Shown: positions 24,755-33,029 of the stretch, in pieces
How positions within the stretch are numbered: position 1 is the stretch's first letter
Layout: each line of letters opens with the position of its first letter
NCBI GenBank assembly: GCA_051884935.1
Contig: JBJEWG010000150.1
Location: forward strand, 1-46,434
Reading direction: 5' to 3'
Length of the DNA: 46,434 nt
DNA from: Kiritimatiellia bacterium
GTDB lineage: Bacteria; Verrucomicrobiota; Kiritimatiellia; RFP12; UBA1067
Translations under genes and position numbers: made by a program
Notes under the pieces: generated by a model
Databases searched by the model: none
What the model saw: the letters and a program-made list of their open reading frames with translations, nothing else
Told to the model about the DNA's origin: nothing

Positions 24755-25948
24755 ATGACCCCGGCAGAAGACGTCCTCCGCAGGAGCCTCGCCGCCTCCG
24801 GCCTCCCGTCCGCCGGGTGGTCCGCCCTCCCGGCGGCCATCCGCGACCGCGCCTTCTTCTCCTCGCGCGTCGAGTCCGTCCGGTTCCTCGACGCCGCCCG
24901 CGCCCGCGTCGCCGAGCTCCTCGCCGGCGCCCGGAACGCCGACGGCGCCATCACCTCCCGCGCACAGGCCGTCTCGGACGTCATGCGCGCCGCGCGCGAC
25001 GCCGGAATCGCGACAGGGAAGGGCGGCCTCCAGGACCCCGGCTCCGCCGCGCGCGCCGCCCTCGTCGTCGAAACCAACGCCGCCATGGCCGCCGGACGCG
25101 CCGCCGCCGAGATCTCAAACTCCTACGGCGCCCGCCTCGCCTTCCCCGCCCAGGAGCTCGTCCGCGTCGAGGCGCGCGCCCGCCCGCGGAACTGGAGGGC
25201 GATCTGGACCGCCCGCGGCGGCGTCCTCCGCGACGGCCGCATGGTCGCCCTCAAGGGCGACCCCGTCTGGACCGCCATCTCGCGGTTCGGCCACCCCTAC
25301 CCCCCCTTCGACTTCAACTCCGGCATGGGCCTCGACGACGTCTCATTCGACGACGCCGTCGCCCTCGGCCTCATCGAGCCCTCCTACAGGCCCCCCGTTG
25401 AATCCCCCCTCAAGGCCTTCAACGACGGCCTTGAAGCCGACTTGAAGGTCGGCGACGGCCGCCTCCTGGGGGAGCTCAGGAAGATGTTCGGCGACCAGAT
25501 CCGAAACGACAACGGCGTCATCCGCTGGCGCCAGGACCTCATCCGCGACGCCTTCACCTCCGGCAAACCGTTCTCGATCAAACTCGGCGAGGCGTCCGGC
25601 GACCTCCTTTCCAGAATCCCGGCTTCGGTGCCGGCGCAGTCGCTGGCGGGCAAACCGCTCACGATCACGCAGGACTGGCTGGACCGCAAGCGGAAGGACG
25701 GGACGGACCACCGCGCGCACTTCGCCCCGATCGAAGCGCACCCGGGGGACATCCCACTCACGCTCTCCGACCTCGAACTTCTCCCGGAGATATGGCGACG
25801 ACCCGACAAGGCCGAGAAGGTCGGCAAGCACAGGATCATGCTGTCCATGGGCGCGAGCGACGGCGGAACCTACAGGGCCGTCGTCGATTACGAGGGAAGA
25901 CCTCAGCTTAAAACCTTCTACAAGGAGGGTGAAAAGAAGGGCCCGTGA
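24755..25948 (+). CDS. MuF-like minor head protein with C-terminal nuclease-like (PBECR/BECR-type?) extension
   Basis: ARAALVVETNAAMAAGRAAAE and the downstream FGHPYPPFDFNSG resemble the Phage_Mu_F/SPP1 gp7 core. The C-terminal 100 aa (DHRAHFAPIEAHPGDIPLTLSDLELLPEIWRRPD...YRAVVDYEGRPQLKTFYKE) resemble phage BECR-fold toxin modules. Confidence 0.6.
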   Translation: MTPAEDVLRRSLAASGLPSAGWSALPAAIRDRAFFSSRVESVRFLDAARARVAELLAGARNADGAITSRAQAVSDVMRAARDAGIATGKGGLQDPGSAARAALVVETNAAMAAGRAAAEISNSYGARLAFPAQELVRVEARARPRNWRAIWTARGGVLRDGRMVALKGDPVWTAISRFGHPYPPFDFNSGMGLDDVSFDDAVALGLIEPSYRPPVESPLKAFNDGLEADLKVGDGRLLGELRKMFGDQIRNDNGVIRWRQDLIRDAFTSGKPFSIKLGEASGDLLSRIPASVPAQSLAGKPLTITQDWLDRKRKDGTDHRAHFAPIEAHPGDIPLTLSDLELLPEIWRRPDKAEKVGKHRIMLSMGASDGGTYRAVVDYEGRPQLKTFYKEGEKKGP

Positions 25949-26065
25949 AGCCTTTCAAGCGCGAGGGGAAGACCGAGGTCTTCGCCCTGCATAATGCAGG
26001 AAAAGAAGCACGAGCCCGGAACGCCTCCCAGTATACCACCACCCACCCGCCAAATCAACCGCCCC

Positions 26066-26095
26066 ACATATCGAGGCGCGCGGCTTCAGCCGCGC
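26066..26095 (+). repeat. 30-nt hairpin repeat, copy d
   Basis: acatatcgaggcgcgcggcttcagccgcgc, ending 20 nt before ATG 26116. Copy a ends 18 nt before ATG 15259. Confidence 0.8.
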
Positions 26096-26115
26096 CACCA
26101 GCCCCCACGCCAGCC

Positions 26116-26580
26116 ATGCCCGTCTCCGTCTCCATCGACATCCCGCGCCTCGAAGCCTCCCGCAAGGCCGCCGAGAAGGTCCTCGGCCGCCTCTCCACAC
26201 CGGAAGCCCGCAAGGCCGTCATCGACAAGGGCAACGCCGCCCTCGTCGAAGCCCTGCGCCGCCACTTCGCCGAGCGCGAGCGCGAACCGCAGAGGACCGC
26301 CGGCTTCCCCTGGTTCGGCCAGCCACACCCAAAGAGCTACTTCTGGCGCGGCGCGCGCGGCGACTCCGTCTCCGAACGCATCGCCTACCAGTCGTCGCCC
26401 GACCGCATGGAGGGCCTCGTCTCGATCCAGTCTCCCGCCCTCGCCCACAAGCTCGACCCCAACCCGCCGCCAATCACCCCAAAGGGCGGACGCCGCTGCC
26501 TCGCCATCCCCGCCAGCCCAGCCGCCGCGTCCTGGCGCCCCATGCCCCGCGACTTCCCCGGCGGCCTCAGGTTCGCCTTC
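26116..26580 (+). pseudogene. Phage virion-associated protein, 3'-truncated at a rearrangement junction
   Basis: Plausible sequence MPVSVSIDIPRLEAS...PKGGRRCLAIPASPAAASWRPMPRDFPGGLRFAF. Beyond about 26580 the frame becomes S/A-rich antisense of the convergent coiled-coil gene, with no stop until 26811. Confidence 0.45.
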
Positions 26581-27636
26581 TCCCGCTCCGCCTCGAGCTT
26601 CCTCTCGGCGGCCTCGCGGGCGGCCTTGAGCTCGTCCTCTGCCTTCATGCGCTTCGCCTTCTCGTCGAGCTGGAGGGCCTCCGCGCGCTTGTCGAGGACG
26701 CCCTGCTGGCGGTCGAACTCGTCGCGCTCGGCCTCGATCCTGTCCAGCGCCTGCTCGAAGTCGAGCCGCTTCGCGCGCGCGGCGTCCACGCGCCCCGTGA
26801 GCTCCTTGTAGCGGTCTGACTTCATGAAGCCCTCGACGGCGCGGTCTCCGGCTATCCGGCGGTCCGCGTCGGATGCCGTCATATACGCCAGCGCGCCGTT
26901 TCCGGCGACGTATGCCGTTCCGAGCGCGGACTTCTCGGCCTGTTCGCGCACGTCCCGGACGGCCTTCGCGAGCGCGTCCTCCTCGGCCTTGACGACCTTC
27001 TGCGCGTCCTCCCAGTCCTTCCACCCCGCGTCCACGGCGGCCTCCGCGTCCCTCCTCTTGCGCGCGAGCTCGTCGAGCTCGCCGGCCATCTTCGTGCGGG
27101 CGGCGTTGGCGTCCGATTCGCCGATCTCCCTTTGGATGCGCTCGGCCGCGCCCGCGTCGCCGCGCCGCATGGCCTCGATCTTCTGGATTTCGAGCTTCTT
27201 CTTCGCGAGCTCGTTGGTGGCGTCCACCTCCTCCTTGATGGCGCGGAGGCGGTCGTTCGATTCCCTGATGGATGCCTGGCGCGCCTGCTCGGTCTTCTCG
27301 ATGAGTCCGTCGATGGACTTCATGCGCTCCTCGTGCGCCTTCTTCTCGGCCTCCGCGATCGCCTTCGCCGCCTCCTCGGCTGAGTTCTTCCACGCCATGA
27401 ACGCATCGACGCCAATACATAACGCCCCAAATGCCGCCCTTGAGGACATTCTGAATGAAATCTCCAACAAGGCCGCCGAATGTGCCAAGATGAGAACTAA
27501 ATTTCTTGATCGAATTCCCCGCTTCATTGACCTGAGCTGTCAACTGCTTCGCCTGCTGCGCGGTGTCTGCGAACCCGCTTCCCTGCGCGGCGCTCTTGAG
27601 CAGAATGTTTACAATGCCATTCATATTGCCACACAA
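26385..27636 (-). pseudogene. Tape-measure-like membrane-anchored coiled-coil protein; frameshifted at about 27420, with the 3' end lost at the 26580 junction
   Basis: The N-terminal 70 aa (low GC) are in one frame: MNGIVNILLKSAAQGSGFADTAQQAKQL...NVLKGGIWG. The coiled coil is in another frame: DAFMAWKNSAEEAAKAIAEAEKK...KLEAEREKANL. The architecture parallels the 17425 tape measure (GAFRNWRKSIAETEKK). Confidence 0.55.
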
Positions 27637-27663
27637 TCGTATAAATGCTAAAATCCAATCGTT

Positions 27664-27852
27664 GTGAATGACAGCAGAAACAAAATGCGCAATGCGACTT
27701 CGGACGAAGAGGAGCAGCTTCTCGTCTTACATGCTGTTTTCGCAATATTTCTTCTGATTGCGCTGATCCTGTTCGTGTGGCTCATCCCATATAAATCCCC
27801 AGCAGACAGGGTATTCCTCCTGCCGCACGAGAGAATCCTCTTCTCGAAGTAG
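27664..27852 (+). CDS. Small single-pass membrane protein (module copy 2)
   Basis: 62 aa with TM helix LVLHAVFAIFLLIALILFVWLI. Low GC. Divergent from the 27636 gene. Confidence 0.35.
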   Translation: MNDSRNKMRNATSDEEEQLLVLHAVFAIFLLIALILFVWLIPYKSPADRVFLLPHERILFSK

Positions 27853-27856
27853 CCCG

Positions 27857-28138
27857 TCACGTCGCGGTCTCCTGTTCCTTCTTGAGGCGGCGGACGATCT
27901 CGCGGAGGGTGAGGTCGTATTCGGCGCGGAGGCGGGCCTCGTCGCGGTGCGGCATTCTGCCGAGCTCGACGGCGGCGGCGGAGCAGATGCGGTCGAGCCG
28001 CGAGGGGGTCTCGGCCTTGATCTCATCCGGCGCGACGTGGAGGACGGCGCAGGCCTCCGCGAGGACGCTCTCCAGGGCGGCGAGGTTGCGCGCGGCGGCA
28101 TCCGTCGAGGCGCGGCGGGCCGGCGTGTATCGAAACAT
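27857..28138 (-). CDS. Small hypothetical protein (module copy 2)
   Basis: 93-aa ORF with high GC3. C-terminus is similar to that of the 6703-6909 ORF. Confidence 0.4.
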   Translation of the reverse strand: MFRYTPARRASTDAAARNLAALESVLAEACAVLHVAPDEIKAETPSRLDRICSAAAVELGRMPHRDEARLRAEYDLTLREIVRRLKKEQETAT

Positions 28139-28346
28139 ACAGTTTCGAGCATACTACCCCTTCCCGCGATTTCCCGTTCCCAACGCTCTTTCCGCCTAGA
28201 CAAGATGCCTACACCACGGACAACTCAAGCGCAAGGTCTATTATTTTATCGCCCACGATATCCACCATGTTGAGCAAGAGATAACACAGGCACCCTATTT
28301 CTTTACACTAAGGCATAGGGTGGCCAAACAACAGCGGATAGGGGTA

Positions 28347-29459
28347 TTACAATTTCGCGAGGATCTCGCGGATCGAACGCTCTCGGGCCTCGATCGCCTC
28401 GCAGAGACGGAACTGCACACGGGCGCGGTTGAGGTTCTGACCCGGCTGACGAACCTTGAAGTAGATGTCGCCGGCGAGATAGTCCTGGAAGAAGCGAAGC
28501 CCAAGCTCGAACGGCAGCAGACGGATCGCGTCGTAGAGGTAGGCGCGCTCGGCCTCCGTCATGAACGAACCGGCCTCCCGAAGGTAGCCCTTCATAAACG
28601 CCATGAAAAGGTTCTCGTCGAAGGTGACCTTGCCCAGATTGAGCTCCTCCTCGCCGGCGGGGTTGCAGATGGAGCGAATGGCGTCGCCCACGTCCACGTG
28701 CATGAGGCCGGGCGAGACCGTATCCAAGTCGATCATCGCCGTTCCCTTGCCGGTGAAGTCGTCGATCATGATGTTGTTCACCTTCGGGTCGCCATGGAAC
28801 ATACGCTTCCTCAACTCGCCTCTGGCCTCCGCCTTTTCGAGCGAGACGGCGAATTCACGGCGTTCCTCAATGTACTTCGCGAGACGCTTCGCCTCCATCG
28901 ACGCGCCGAGAATCTCGCGGGCGGACTCGGCGGCAAGCGTTTCGTCGTACTGGGCCAGATAGCCGCTGGTGACGTGGAAGCCCGGCAGAGGGTCCACGAT
29001 CGTCTCGGGGTCCATATCCGAGACAAGGTAGTGGAAATGCCCCAGCGCCGCGCCGCACTCAAGGGCGTGCTCCGGGCTCTGCGCCGTGTCGAACGCATGG
29101 GCGGAGAGAATGCGCGTGATGACGCGCCAGACCTCGCCGTTCTCGTCGCGCAGGAAGTCGGCGCCATCCTTCGTCCTGATGATCCGCGGCATCTGCCACA
29201 CGCGGTCGTCGCGATCCGTCTTCGCGTCCTCTTCAAGCTTCTCGTGACAGTGCAGCGTGATCTCGTGCATATTCTGCATGATGGCCTCCGGCTGGGTGAA
29301 CACGGCCCTGTTCACGCGCTGGAGGATCACCTGCGTCTCGGTGAAGGTGTTGCGAAAGACGGCGAGGAACGTGTCGTTGATGTTCCCGTTGCCGAACGGC
29401 ACGAGCGTGACGAGGTGTCCCTTGATGTTGAACTTGTTGATGAGCCGGGCGAGTTCCAT
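28347..29459 (-). CDS. APH-family phosphotransferase (N-acetylhexosamine 1-kinase-like)
   Basis: HGDPKVNNIMID catalytic loop and IDLDT metal-binding motif. 370 aa. Confidence 0.8.
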   Translation of the reverse strand: MELARLINKFNIKGHLVTLVPFGNGNINDTFLAVFRNTFTETQVILQRVNRAVFTQPEAIMQNMHEITLHCHEKLEEDAKTDRDDRVWQMPRIIRTKDGADFLRDENGEVWRVITRILSAHAFDTAQSPEHALECGAALGHFHYLVSDMDPETIVDPLPGFHVTSGYLAQYDETLAAESAREILGASMEAKRLAKYIEERREFAVSLEKAEARGELRKRMFHGDPKVNNIMIDDFTGKGTAMIDLDTVSPGLMHVDVGDAIRSICNPAGEEELNLGKVTFDENLFMAFMKGYLREAGSFMTEAERAYLYDAIRLLPFELGLRFFQDYLAGDIYFKVRQPGQNLNRARVQFRLCEAIEARERSIREILAKL

Positions 29460-29470
29460 TCTGTCGCCTC

Positions 29471-30901
29471 CTAGCGAAGGGGCTTCATGAACATGAGACA
29501 GTGGGAGATCGTCCAGGCCCAGTCGGCCGGCATGCGCTTGAGCTCGTGCCCGGCCCCCCAGCTGTCCGAATAGAGAATCTCCCGTCGTTTGTCGTTGTAG
29601 CCGAAGATCAGTCGCATGTGGCCGCCCCGGGCCTGCGGGATGTCGGGCTCGGGGTAGGTGCCGAGCGTCACCCCCCAGAAGAGCGGAATGCCCTTGTCGA
29701 TCTGGTCGTGGACGTCCTTCATGAAGCGGGTGAACTTCGACCGCTGCGCGCCGTTCACCTTCATGTCGCGGAGCACCTCGGGGTCCATCGCCTCATCGAC
29801 GGCTGCCGGGCTGTAGATCGTCATGTTGCCCTCACGGCGCACGTAGACGCTCTCGGCGATCTCCTTCTTCTTCAGCTTCTTCGCCGCCTTGTTGTAGTTC
29901 GCGACCTCCTTCACGAGCCCCTCGATGCGCGCGACGGGCGGCTTCTCGAAGTCGCCGTAGGTGACGACCGTGCCGAGCTTGTACTTCCGCCCGATCGCCT
30001 GGACGGAGTCCTTCATGGCGCGCGTGGATGTGCCGCCCTCCGCCGTGGAGCCCGCGGCCTGGGCGATCTCATGCTCATCGACGTCCACGCCGTAATACCG
30101 CAGCACGCGCTCGGACGTCGCGACGGCGCAGTAGCCCTTCTGCCCCTGATCAACCATCGGAACGGCGTCGATGAACACGTCGCCGCGCGGATCACGAAGC
30201 ACGTTGTCGGCAATCTTCTTCGCACCCCGTGCCGCAGGTGCGGCGGCGCGCCCCGCGCCCGACGCGGTCAGCCGCGCGGGGCCGTCCACCGCCAGGCGCA
30301 CGAAGCCGGCCGCGAACGTGTCCGCCCGTCGGCCCTCCTGCGAATAGCACCACGTCAGCTTCGCGACCGTCGGAATCGCCGTCTTCGGCCAGACCTGAAA
30401 TTTCTGCACCATGCCCGGACGGGACGTGCGCGCGGACTCGATCGGCGGCGCCTTCGCCCCCTCGGCCGTCAACTGCGCCCGCACGTCCTTCACGATCTGG
30501 ACGAACGCCTCGCGCGTGATGGGCTTCGCCTTCCGCACGCGCCGCCGCACCTGCCGCCCGCTCTCCGTGGCGATCACCTCCTCCGCCTCGGTGCCGGCGG
30601 ACGCATAGAGCATCAGCTCCACGCGCGAGATGCCCCCCAGCTCCCCGAATACGACCTTCGTCTCATAGACGGGAATGCCGTGGTAGACCACGGCGCCGTC
30701 GAGGCGCGTGTCGGCGCCATCGCGGTTGCCGGACGTGAATTGGAAACCCTGCCCCTCGTGGCGCTTCACGAACAGAACCGGGTCGGACGCCCAGAAGACC
30801 TCCTCCGCGAAGTCCCGCCCAATGTCGTACGCCGCGTCATCCGCGCCGAACACCACGCCCGCGGCCACCAGCGCGGCCACCAGAATGCCTTTTCCCATCA
30901 C
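29471..30901 (-). CDS. Secreted papain/C39-like cysteine peptidase domain protein
   Basis: Signal peptide. QKGYCAVATSERVL (Gln/Cys), GGHMRLIFGY (His) and YSDSWG motifs in the C-terminal half. Confidence 0.6.
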   Translation of the reverse strand: MMGKGILVAALVAAGVVFGADDAAYDIGRDFAEEVFWASDPVLFVKRHEGQGFQFTSGNRDGADTRLDGAVVYHGIPVYETKVVFGELGGISRVELMLYASAGTEAEEVIATESGRQVRRRVRKAKPITREAFVQIVKDVRAQLTAEGAKAPPIESARTSRPGMVQKFQVWPKTAIPTVAKLTWCYSQEGRRADTFAAGFVRLAVDGPARLTASGAGRAAAPAARGAKKIADNVLRDPRGDVFIDAVPMVDQGQKGYCAVATSERVLRYYGVDVDEHEIAQAAGSTAEGGTSTRAMKDSVQAIGRKYKLGTVVTYGDFEKPPVARIEGLVKEVANYNKAAKKLKKKEIAESVYVRREGNMTIYSPAAVDEAMDPEVLRDMKVNGAQRSKFTRFMKDVHDQIDKGIPLFWGVTLGTYPEPDIPQARGGHMRLIFGYNDKRREILYSDSWGAGHELKRMPADWAWTISHCLMFMKPLR

Positions 30902-32996
30902 CAGTCCCCTTTCTTTTTCCCTTCGCCCGCATGGCCCGACCCGCAGCGGCGCCGCGCGCGGCCACCGGCACGAAATCCACCAGACGACGGTCGAAGTCGA
31001 TCTTCTCCACGCCCACCTTCAGACGCATGCCCACGCGCCAAACCGCCCCGCCGCCTTCAAGCGTCTCGTCGAAGTCGTTCCAGCGCAGATAGGCATCCGA
31101 GAGCTTCGACACGTGCACCATGCCCCCCACCGCGAGGTCCGGCAGATCGACGAACACGCCGTAGCGCGTGCACTTGGAGACGACCGCGTCGAAGCAGTTC
31201 CGTGACGCGCCGCCCGCGCGCCCGCGCGCCTCGTCGAGAATCTGCTGTAGATAGCGGTACTTCTTGATCTCGTCGAGCGCGCGCTCCGCGTCGTCCGCAT
31301 TCTGCTCGCGCGCGGAGCAGTGGAGCGCGGCGGCGTTGAGCCACCCCAGGTCAAGCTGCCCGCCCTTGCCCGCGAGCCAGGACGCCAGCTGGCGGTGCAG
31401 CACGAGGTCCGGATAGCGGCGGATCGGGCTCGTGAAATGCGCGTAGTAGACCTTTGCGAGCCCGAAGTGCCCAATCGCCTTCGCGGAGTAGAGCGCCCGC
31501 TTCATCGAACGGAGCACCATCACCGAAAGCACGCCCTCCAGTGGGGAGCCCTTGATCTTCTTGAGGAAGCGCGCGAGGTTCTTCTGGTGGGTGAGGTCGC
31601 CGCACGAGATGCCCAGCTTCGCGAGATTGCCGCGCAGCTCCGCGAGCTTGTCGGCGTCCGGCGCCTCGTGGAGACGCGCGAGGATCTTCACGCCGCGCGT
31701 CCAGAGTTCCTTTGCCACGGCCTCGTTCGCCGTCACCATGCACTCCTCCACCATCTGATGCGATTCGTCGTAGGGTCGCACCTCGATGCCGGTCATCCGG
31801 CCCGTCTCGTCGAGCATGATCTCCGCCTCGGGCACCTCCATGTCGAGCGCACCCGCGGCGAAGCGGTTCGCGCGCAGCTGCTGCGCAAGCTCGTGGATCG
31901 CCCGGATCGTCCGCCGTTCGTTCGGCTTCAGCCGCTTCCCCTCCGCCGGCGCGGCGCCCCTCAGCTCCGCCAGCACCTGTTCATAGGTGAAGCGGGCCTT
32001 GGAACGGATTACGCTCTTCGCAAACGACCGCGCGATGCAGACGCCCTTCGCGTCGAACGTCAGGAACGCCGAGAAGGCATAGCGATCCTGATTCGGGACG
32101 AGCGAGCAGACGCCGTTCGACAACTGCTCGGGCAGCATCGGGACGACCTTGTCCACGAGGTAGACCGAGGTCGAGCGCTGATACGCCTCGCGGTCCAGCG
32201 CGCTCCCCGGCGTCACGAAGTGCGAGACGTCCGCGATGTGCACGCCGAGCACGCGATTGCCAGCCTTGTCCAGTTCCAGCGAAAGCGCGTCGTCGTAGTC
32301 CCGCGCGGACTCCGGGTCACACGTGAAGATGTACTTCCGACGAAGGTCCAGCCGCTTTCCGGCCGCGCCCTTTCGCCCTCGGGCGGGCGCGGTTTCGGGG
32401 ATCACCCCCACGCGCTCGGCCTCGGCCACGACCGCCGGCGGGAACGCCTCGGGCAAGTCGTATTGCTTCATCACGGCGAGCGTGTCGAGCGACGGGTCGT
32501 CCGCAGGGCCAATCACGTCCGTCACCTCGCCTTCGGGGGCAAGGCGCGGGTTCTCCCAACGCACAAAGCGCATCACCACCCGGTCGTTCAGCTTCGCGCC
32601 CCGCGCGTCGGGAACGATGAACTCCTGCCGATACGTCGGCGAAAGCGGCTGCACGCGCGTGAAGCGGCCCAGCGAGACGATTGTTCCCACAATCGACCGG
32701 GGGGCCCGCGCTTCGATGCGGATGATGCGGCCCTCGGGCCCGGTCTTCCCCGCGTCCTGCGGACGCGCGGCGCGGCCGCGCCGCCCCTCCGCCGCCCCGC
32801 CGCGCGTGAGCTTGATCGTCACCGTGTCGCCCACCAGCGCCGTGCCGAGATTCTCGCGTTCAATCCAGATCGCCTCGTTCGTCTCGGGATCGACGAGGAA
32901 GCCCGCGCCGTTGCGCGCCATATGCAATTCGCCGGTCATCGTCCCGGTCTCGCGCGGCGACTGCCGGACCTTCTGTTTCTCTTTTCGCTTGTTCAT
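30837..32996 (-). CDS. rnr: Ribonuclease R
   Basis: RNB motif LGVHIADVSHFV, C-terminal S1 domain (GMVHVSKLSD) and a basic tail. 719 aa. Confidence 0.9.
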   Translation of the reverse strand: MNKRKEKQKVRQSPRETGTMTGELHMARNGAGFLVDPETNEAIWIERENLGTALVGDTVTIKLTRGGAAEGRRGRAARPQDAGKTGPEGRIIRIEARAPRSIVGTIVSLGRFTRVQPLSPTYRQEFIVPDARGAKLNDRVVMRFVRWENPRLAPEGEVTDVIGPADDPSLDTLAVMKQYDLPEAFPPAVVAEAERVGVIPETAPARGRKGAAGKRLDLRRKYIFTCDPESARDYDDALSLELDKAGNRVLGVHIADVSHFVTPGSALDREAYQRSTSVYLVDKVVPMLPEQLSNGVCSLVPNQDRYAFSAFLTFDAKGVCIARSFAKSVIRSKARFTYEQVLAELRGAAPAEGKRLKPNERRTIRAIHELAQQLRANRFAAGALDMEVPEAEIMLDETGRMTGIEVRPYDESHQMVEECMVTANEAVAKELWTRGVKILARLHEAPDADKLAELRGNLAKLGISCGDLTHQKNLARFLKKIKGSPLEGVLSVMVLRSMKRALYSAKAIGHFGLAKVYYAHFTSPIRRYPDLVLHRQLASWLAGKGGQLDLGWLNAAALHCSAREQNADDAERALDEIKKYRYLQQILDEARGRAGGASRNCFDAVVSKCTRYGVFVDLPDLAVGGMVHVSKLSDAYLRWNDFDETLEGGGAVWRVGMRLKVGVEKIDFDRRLVDFVPVAARGAAAGRAMRAKGKRKGTGDGKRHSGGRAGGRGRGVRRG

Positions 32997-33029
32997 TTGC
33001 TAAACCCCTTCGGCGACCGACCACCAACC

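Larger units (their letters stand above)
9125..26580 (+). mobile_element. Mu-like head plus siphovirus-type tail gene cluster (defective prophage or domesticated particle cluster)
   Basis: Co-linear + strand genes with ATGA/GTGA/TAATG start-stop overlaps. Mu-type portal, protease, capsid, DUF1320 and MuF signatures. No early, regulatory or lysis genes recognised. GC rises abruptly at about 9125. Confidence 0.75.
5658..28297. mobile_element. Composite accessory island (degraded Mu-like prophage plus low-GC cargo) between two convergent host transcription units
   Basis: Host-like genes end at 5591 (+) and 28347 (-). Between them are phage structural genes, pseudogenes, low-GC blocks and repeat tracts. 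An imperfect direct repeat TTTC(C)TTTACACT occurs at 5645-5657 and 28298-28309. Confidence 0.6.

Noticed and set aside
25945-26115. GTG-initiated 57-codon stretch overlapping the MuF stop, considered as an immunity protein or as an N-terminal extension of the next gene.
   Set aside because: It has mixed codon quality and a Pro/Ala/Thr-rich low-complexity tail, and the conserved hairpin repeat (otherwise intergenic) occupies it. It is kept only as a possibility under the MuF finding.
31921-31940. Core CGGCTTCAGCCG of the phage hairpin repeat found inside the RNase R gene.
   Set aside because: Only the 12-nt core matches and the flanking conserved ATCGAGG is absent. This is compatible with chance or codon-driven occurrence.
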